IMG/VR virus record: IMGVR_UViG_3300045988_081724
DNA: 61,211 bases
Strand: one strand, 5' to 3'
Source: a virus
The notes beneath the pieces are model-generated. The model saw nothing but the letters and a program-made list of their open reading frames with translations. It was not told the origin of the DNA and did no database searches. Of this stretch, positions 56,512 to 61,211 are shown piece by piece. The position numbers and the translations under genes are program-made. Numbering within the stretch: the first letter of the stretch is position 1; the number at the start of each line of letters is the position of its first letter.

Positions 56512-56748
56512 TTAATTTTCCGTTACCTTGAATCCTTGCAGCTTGTAACGTTTAATAATGCTCTTATGATTCCTAATTGCATCGGTATCTTTACTTTCCG
56601 AATACTGTTCGTTTGCTTGTAACATAAATCGTCCATGCTTGTCCGCAACTATTACAAGCGTGATATATTCAATGGCACGGTGTAGATCCGCCGACTTCGC
56701 AGTTGTAATTTGTACCGCTTGATTTCCTTTTCTCATTATCGTAATCAA
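56512..56748 (-). CDS. Hypothetical protein (78 aa)
   Basis: ORF. Confidence 0.4.
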   Translation of the reverse strand: MITIMRKGNQAVQITTAKSADLHRAIEYITLVIVADKHGRFMLQANEQYSESKDTDAIRNHKSIIKRYKLQGFKVTEN

Positions 56749-56785
56749 TTTATTGTTTCCTCCTTTCTTTGAATTCCCTTCTTTG

Positions 56786-57061
56786 CTAATTGGTTATTTT
56801 CTCAAATCTGTACTTTTGCTTTGCATTAGGATATTTTACAGTGTCCACTTCACTCATAAACATATGCAGCGGGCGAGCGTAAATCCCGTATTTCCCATAT
56901 AGGGCTTGGTAAATCACTAATTTTTCGCCTGTTTCTGTGTGTTCAGCAATAGCAATGATTTTATATTCCCTACCCTTGAAATGACGCCATATTTCATTTT
57001 GTGAAGGATTTGCTCGTTCATTCATTTTCTTCTTCCTCGTAAATTTCCCAGTCATCCGCAA
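56786..57061 (-). CDS. Hypothetical protein (91 aa)
   Basis: ORF. Confidence 0.4.
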   Translation of the reverse strand: MRMTGKFTRKKKMNERANPSQNEIWRHFKGREYKIIAIAEHTETGEKLVIYQALYGKYGIYARPLHMFMSEVDTVKYPNAKQKYRFEKITN

Positions 57062-57263
57062 AAATAGCGTCCCATCCTAAATGCTCCAAGATTACGGTTT
57101 CATCAAAATCTCTGATGGAAGTTTGCCAACCCAAGTGCGTTATAAGAGCTGGCTTACCAAAGCGTGCTCCTTCGTCCTTGAAGCTGTACTCGTCATCCGT
57201 CCAACACTTTCGCCGAATTTTCTTTCCCTCATCGGCGGCTTTGAGGGCTTCCCAGGTTTTCAT
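57018..57263 (-). CDS. Hypothetical protein (81 aa)
   Basis: ORF. Confidence 0.4.
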   Translation of the reverse strand: MKTWEALKAADEGKKIRRKCWTDDEYSFKDEGARFGKPALITHLGWQTSIRDFDETVILEHLGWDAIFADDWEIYEEEENE

Positions 57264-57305
57264 TTTTCCTTTCTCTTCCTTTCTTTATATATTTCATCCA
57301 TTCTA

Positions 57306-57476
57306 AGCAAGATACTTACCGTCTTTTTTCGCTTTCTCCCATTCCTCTTTCGAGAAAAATACCCTTTCGCCTTTCCGTTTGCACCCCCAGCAATCAGTAT
57401 CAAGGATTGCGATTACATAGTTATCGTATGTTCTGACCTCGATAATCTTTTCTATATAAACATCGCACAAATTCAT
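57306..57476 (-). CDS. Small ORF (56 aa, MNLCDVYIEKIIEV...CWGCKRKGERVFFSKEEW...), ATGA overlap with the upstream stop
   Basis: Manual translation; not in the 60-aa ORF track. Confidence 0.3.
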
Positions 57477-57751
57477 TCTTCTTCTTCTCCGTAAACTGGA
57501 AACAATACTTTAAGACCCTTGTAGTCAAGTTTGATCTTTACAGTATGGTATGTAACATCAATATTGAGATACTTTGTCGGAATATGGAAAGCTACAAGTG
57601 TATAATACAGCTCTCCAATAGCATTAAACAAATCACAAAAAGAATTTCTCTTGTAAATTGCTGTGATAGACCCATCGTGGGCATTAAGATCAGGCTGAAC
57701 TTTCTTGCACACCCTACGAAAGTCATCAATAATCTGTGTTACATCATCCAT
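57473..57751 (-). CDS. Hypothetical protein (92 aa)
   Basis: ORF. Confidence 0.4.
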   Translation of the reverse strand: MDDVTQIIDDFRRVCKKVQPDLNAHDGSITAIYKRNSFCDLFNAIGELYYTLVAFHIPTKYLNIDVTYHTVKIKLDYKGLKVLFPVYGEEEE

Positions 57752-57762
57752 TATGTTCCTCC

Positions 57763-58041
57763 TTATACAATTTCAATCGTGAGCTGGGTCTTAACATGAA
57801 AATCAATCATATCATCACCAAACAACTTTACACCAGTGGGTAGATATGCTGTAGCTCCCGGATGAATTGCGATGACATTCATGCCCTCGACCTGCTCTTT
57901 AATAAACTTTTCTTTTTCAGCAAATTTCTGAATGGCATCCTCTTTCGTGCCGTAAACAATAATGCCGTTGTCTTTATCAAAATTTGCAAGACCAATTTCA
58001 TAATTGTCGGGGATCACTCCCAAAAGTACTTTAAGTTTCAT
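57763..58041 (-). CDS. Hypothetical protein (92 aa)
   Basis: ORF; RBS AGGAGAACACA. Confidence 0.4.
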   Translation of the reverse strand: MKLKVLLGVIPDNYEIGLANFDKDNGIIVYGTKEDAIQKFAEKEKFIKEQVEGMNVIAIHPGATAYLPTGVKLFGDDMIDFHVKTQLTIEIV

Positions 58042-58055
58042 TGTGTTCTCCTTTC

Positions 58056-58217
58056 CTACAATACAACAACCTTTTTAGAATTAGTCTCTTCCAGTGTCGG
58101 ATGAATATCATAGTCCCTTCCATGATACAAGCCCCCATCGTCTCTGTACTGTACACATATGTCACAATCTAAGCAGTCATTCTTTTCTGCCCACTCCAAG
58201 AGTTCTTTAAGTGTCAT
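58056..58217 (-). CDS. Small ORF (53 aa, MTLKELLEWAEKNDCLDCDICVQYRDDGG...), ATGA overlap with the upstream stop
   Basis: Manual translation. Confidence 0.3.
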   Translation of the reverse strand: MTLKELLEWAEKNDCLDCDICVQYRDDGGLYHGRDYDIHPTLEETNSKKVVVL

Positions 58218-59005
58218 TCACTTTCACATTCCTCAAGCTCCTTCAGCTTATTGGCATACCATGCGATCTTTCCGGCGGTTTCTGCTTTGTCTCCTTTGCG
58301 ACCATAGCGATATGCATACTTCAAAATGTTGCCCCAAAGGAAGCCCTCATACTGATCTTTGTGCATCAGATGATTGATAATGTCAATGGCTTCAGGAAGA
58401 CTCTTAACTTTATAATGTGATGGGTTGATAGCGTCTTCTGTCTTCTTGTTCAGTACATTACTCAGTGGATGAATATCAAGTTTAGGGTCTTCATCCTGTA
58501 CGTCATATACGCCATTTTCAGAAAAGTAGCTAAAAGTGTTCGGGTATTTAGAATCATCAGACCAGCGTACTGCCACTGGATATGGATTTCCTTTATCATC
58601 CAGAATGTTCTCTACAACTCCGAAACCAAAATTAAAAGAAAAAACATTATCCCCTACAAAAAACTTTTCATTGTCTGTAAACATTTTATGGTTAGAAAAA
58701 GCCTTATCTCCTACATGAAATTTTTCATCTTCTGTACTCATTTTTTTGTCATCCCATTCTTCTTTTTTTAAGGGCTTTAATATCAAACTCTGGTCAAACT
58801 CTGGGTCTGGAAGAGGTGTAACAGTATACCTTCCTTCCAAAGTAAAGACATCATCTGATCTATAACTTGGATTTACTAACTTTGTCCACTTTACATGAAT
58901 TGGATATACAGGGTCTTCACTTTCATCAATTCCAGTGATAATGCCCTCACCAAAATGAGGGGAAATGACCCTGTCACCTACTTTGAATTTGCTTTCCTCT
59001 GCCAT
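58214..59005 (-). CDS. DUF3310-like protein with three N-terminal KF.VGD.V.S..FG.G repeats (paralog of 3628..4074)
   Basis: C-terminal INPSHYKVKSLPEAIDI...LWGNILKYAYRYGRKGDKAETAGKIAWYANKL. Confidence 0.55.
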   Translation of the reverse strand: MAEESKFKVGDRVISPHFGEGIITGIDESEDPVYPIHVKWTKLVNPSYRSDDVFTLEGRYTVTPLPDPEFDQSLILKPLKKEEWDDKKMSTEDEKFHVGDKAFSNHKMFTDNEKFFVGDNVFSFNFGFGVVENILDDKGNPYPVAVRWSDDSKYPNTFSYFSENGVYDVQDEDPKLDIHPLSNVLNKKTEDAINPSHYKVKSLPEAIDIINHLMHKDQYEGFLWGNILKYAYRYGRKGDKAETAGKIAWYANKLKELEECESE

Positions 59006-59435
59006 TTCTCTTCTCCTCTTCGCGCGGCTCTATCTCTATTTCGATTTTATCGCCCCATTCAGACCTATAAGGGCTAATTCTTTTTACTAAACAATCGTCA
59101 TATTCTTCACTGGTGCAAAGTACAGCTCGGTCAGAATATACCTTTTCTTTTGTGCCGTCACGGTTATCGACGTACACGTCGATACAAGCATAACTACTGA
59201 GACAGTTAAGCAGTTCTCTAAAGCTACCCTTCCTAGAATTTCTTTTTACTTCTATATGCAATCTGTCGTAACCAGCGAAAAACGTTCCGACTTCCATGCA
59301 AAGTAAACTCTCCGGAATAACGTCAGAAGCGTTCTCTCTTTTGAATAGAACGTTAGTGTCCGGAGCTCTAACTATCCATAAAACTATATTGTTATCAATT
59401 TTGTTCACTAATTCTTTAAGTTTCATATGCTTCAA
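58974..59435 (-). CDS. Hypothetical protein (153 aa)
   Basis: ORF. Confidence 0.4.
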   Translation of the reverse strand: MKHMKLKELVNKIDNNIVLWIVRAPDTNVLFKRENASDVIPESLLCMEVGTFFAGYDRLHIEVKRNSRKGSFRELLNCLSSYACIDVYVDNRDGTKEKVYSDRAVLCTSEEYDDCLVKRISPYRSEWGDKIEIEIEPREEEKRNGRGKQIQSR

Positions 59436-59512
59436 CCTCCCAATCCTGCATCCTTACAAGCTCTCCGACTCTAAATGTTTTACCATTCATAATATTCTCC
59501 TTCGCACAATCA

Positions 59513-60310
59513 TTAGAACAAACTCGTTTCTCGCTTCTCGAACTCAATCTCTTTTTTAAACCGCTCTTCCCATTGCTTAAGAGTGTTTTGGTTGTGACTC
59601 ATTTGTTTAAACTCATACACTTCACCACCTTGCGACTGAATGTTCTTTATCACTTCTTTGTTTAATCGCTTTAATTCTTTCCACAAATCGGGGAAATCGC
59701 GGTACAAGAGCTTTAAGTCTCTCACACCTTGCATTGGGCAAACCCAACATGAAAGCCGTGTGCGCTCTTTGTACAGCCCCCCCCAATCGAATCCATGTTT
59801 GTAGCAGTATTGGAGTGCCTGTGCCTCTGTTATTCCCCATTCAAACAAGGGATAAATGTCACCATGAACTCTTTTGGGCTCATCAGCGGCGATTCCGATA
59901 TACATCTTAGTATTTGCTTTCGTAAATCCATGCTCTTTCATAAATTTGGATACGGGTTCTCTTTTTAATGTGTACGTACACCACCTATTATTCATAGATG
60001 ACCACCCATAACCATGAGTTCCGGCTCGCTTTCCCTTCTTTCGAAGGATGTGAAGCAAGCCATATTCAAATCCGTTGCTCGGTTTTAGCACAGTCACCAT
60101 TTTCCCGTACTTCTCTTCGATATACGAATTTACCCGCTCGATATGCTCATACATCTGCGGGAACTCCATCCCGGTATCACAAAAGAGGATGTAATCAATT
60201 TTCATTCCCCTTTCTAACATCATGAGTAACATCGCCGTACTATCTTTACCACCGCTGAAAGAAACGATCGACTTCTTACTATTCTCGATATGTTCCCTGT
60301 AGTCGCTCAT
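59513..60310 (-). CDS. Phosphoadenosine-phosphosulfate-reductase-family PP-loop protein (start MSDYREH; the ORF extends to 60349)
   Basis: PP-loop SFSGGKDS; 265 aa. Confidence 0.7.
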   Translation of the reverse strand: MSDYREHIENSKKSIVSFSGGKDSTAMLLMMLERGMKIDYILFCDTGMEFPQMYEHIERVNSYIEEKYGKMVTVLKPSNGFEYGLLHILRKKGKRAGTHGYGWSSMNNRWCTYTLKREPVSKFMKEHGFTKANTKMYIGIAADEPKRVHGDIYPLFEWGITEAQALQYCYKHGFDWGGLYKERTRLSCWVCPMQGVRDLKLLYRDFPDLWKELKRLNKEVIKNIQSQGGEVYEFKQMSHNQNTLKQWEERFKKEIEFEKRETSLF

Positions 60311-60323
60311 TACATATCTCCCC

Positions 60324-60761
60324 TCAGTTGATTTCAAAAACCAAAGCATGAAGAATTTCCTGTTTTCTGCTCCATGGGTCAGTTTTTCCCTTAACCTCTT
60401 TCATTCCAACCATTCGGCATCCGGCTTTCTGTAGTTCCCATGCATTTTCGATCGCTCTCGTCCAGCCGGAGGAAAAGGTGAAGCGCTTCACTCCGTTTTC
60501 CTTGAGGCAGGCGATGCAGCTTTCGGTCTTGTCAATGTAGTTATGGAAATTCAGATCTTCGTTTCCATTCTTTCGGGACTCTTCGTATTCGCTGTAGATG
60601 AATGCGAACACCGAGCCTTCCTTGTGGTAGCGAGCTTTCCATGCCTTGTAGGCGTTTCTAGCTTTTGCCTTCCCTGCTTCGTCCATTCTTTCTTCTGCCT
60701 CATCAAACGCCTTGTCGAAGGTCTTGTATTCTTGGTAGGCTTTTTCAAATTTGTTTGTCAT
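60324..60761 (-). CDS. Hypothetical protein (145 aa) driven by a promoter-cassette copy
   Basis: ORF directly downstream of the conserved leader. Confidence 0.5.
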   Translation of the reverse strand: MTNKFEKAYQEYKTFDKAFDEAEERMDEAGKAKARNAYKAWKARYHKEGSVFAFIYSEYEESRKNGNEDLNFHNYIDKTESCIACLKENGVKRFTFSSGWTRAIENAWELQKAGCRMVGMKEVKGKTDPWSRKQEILHALVFEIN

Positions 60762-60850
60762 GGTGGTTTCCTCCCATTTACTAACTATTTCCTTTGTTGT
60801 ATATATATTACTACATTTTGCTTGATTTGTAAAGTGATTTGTTGTCTAAA
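60762..60850 (-). promoter_or_regulatory. Conserved promoter+leader cassette copy
   Basis: Near-identical core to 12784-12870. Confidence 0.65.
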
Positions 60851-60883
60851 ATCGCATGTTTTTGACTTTTCGTAGCAAAAAAA

Positions 60884-61211
60884 TTAGAGGAGAATATCAC
60901 TTTCTACTTCATTTCCCCATACGTCCCATCTTGAATGCGGCTCGCGAGCAAAGAGCTCGCAGTAGGGTCCATAGGATACGCTCTCAATCATGCGGCGCAT
61001 CTCCTCCGGCTTTCGACTGTGGATGGTGCGCGTGGCGGTGAATCCTGTGAGCCCCTGACAGCGCTTCCCATCTGCGCCGATTTTGTAGGGCGGGTGCCCC
61101 TTGATCCCAAAGAGGCAGCTCTCGGTGATGCCCCGGAAATACTGCCCGAGACCTGCGCGGTCTTTCAGCCACGTGATCATAGTCACATAGCGGAAGCCCC
61201 ATGCCTCCATG
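60884..61211 (-). CDS. DNA methyltransferase MT-A70 family, C-terminal part (continues from 261->1 across the junction; 61151-61211 duplicates 1-61)
   Basis: ...MEAWGFRYVTMITWLKDRAGLGQYFRGITESCLFGIKG...HSRKPEEMRRMIE...WDVWGNEV. Confidence 0.75.
   Translation of the reverse strand, partial: MEAWGFRYVTMITWLKDRAGLGQYFRGITESCLFGIKGHPPYKIGADGKRCQGLTGFTATRTIHSRKPEEMRRMIESVSYGPYCELFAREPHSRWDVWGNEVESDILL
61151..61211. repeat. Terminal direct duplication (copy 2), identical to 1-61
   Basis: Exact identity to positions 1-61. Confidence 0.9.

Larger units (their letters stand above)
1..61211. mobile_element. Complete circular temperate phage genome (window closed by a 61-bp identical overlap); myovirus-like structural module, serine-integrase lysogeny module
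   Basis: Positions 1-61 are identical to 61151-61211. Terminase, portal, capsid, sheath/tube/baseplate, lysis, CI/Cro and integrase are all present with no host-like flanks. Confidence 0.8.

Overview
The window is a complete, circularly closed temperate phage genome of about 61.15 kb. Positions 1-61 are identical to 61151-61211, so one gene (an MT-A70 DNA methyltransferase) wraps across the junction.

Coding is almost entirely on the minus strand. The exception is a three-gene plus-strand lysogeny module at 9.3-12.0 kb: a CI-like repressor, a large serine integrase and a lipoprotein. Ribosome-binding sites are strong AGGAGG type, and the tail module resembles the contractile-tail (myovirus-like) phages of Firmicutes (sheath, tube, baseplate J).

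Reading in the direction of transcription (descending coordinates), the modules are:
- Cro-like switch at 9.1 kb.
- Recombination and replication at 8.9-2.4 kb: SLT transglycosylase, RecT, PD-(D/E)XK exonuclease, replisome organiser, DnaC-like loader, RusA, HNH.
- A nucleotide/DNA-modification module at 1.8 kb wrapping to 59.5 kb: dUTPase, an orphan radical-SAM protein, the MT-A70 methyltransferase and a PAPS-reductase-like PP-loop protein.
- A long early region of small hypothetical genes at 59-47 kb, including SSB, an ArpU-like regulator and two DUF3310 paralogs.
- A tRNA array at 46.9-45.2 kb containing non-canonical members and a ~760-bp structured non-coding stretch.
- A 7-deazaguanine (preQ1-type) DNA-modification cluster folE-queE-queD-queC-queF plus a DpdA-like transglycosylase and a ParB-like protein at 45.0-41.1 kb.
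- Terminase, portal, head, tail and baseplate genes at 41-18.8 kb.
- A lysis cassette at 16.6-14.8 kb: two holin-like proteins, an amidase and a dual-frame spanin-like pair.
- A moron region of independently transcribed small genes at 14.7-12.0 kb.

The main non-genic signals are a conserved ~85-bp promoter+leader cassette present in 4 good and 2 degenerate copies, an array of CTTACTGTAAG palindromes at 13.9-14.2 kb, and a ~95-bp imperfect inverted repeat at 50.8 kb.

All functional calls rest on motif recognition by eye. No database search was run.
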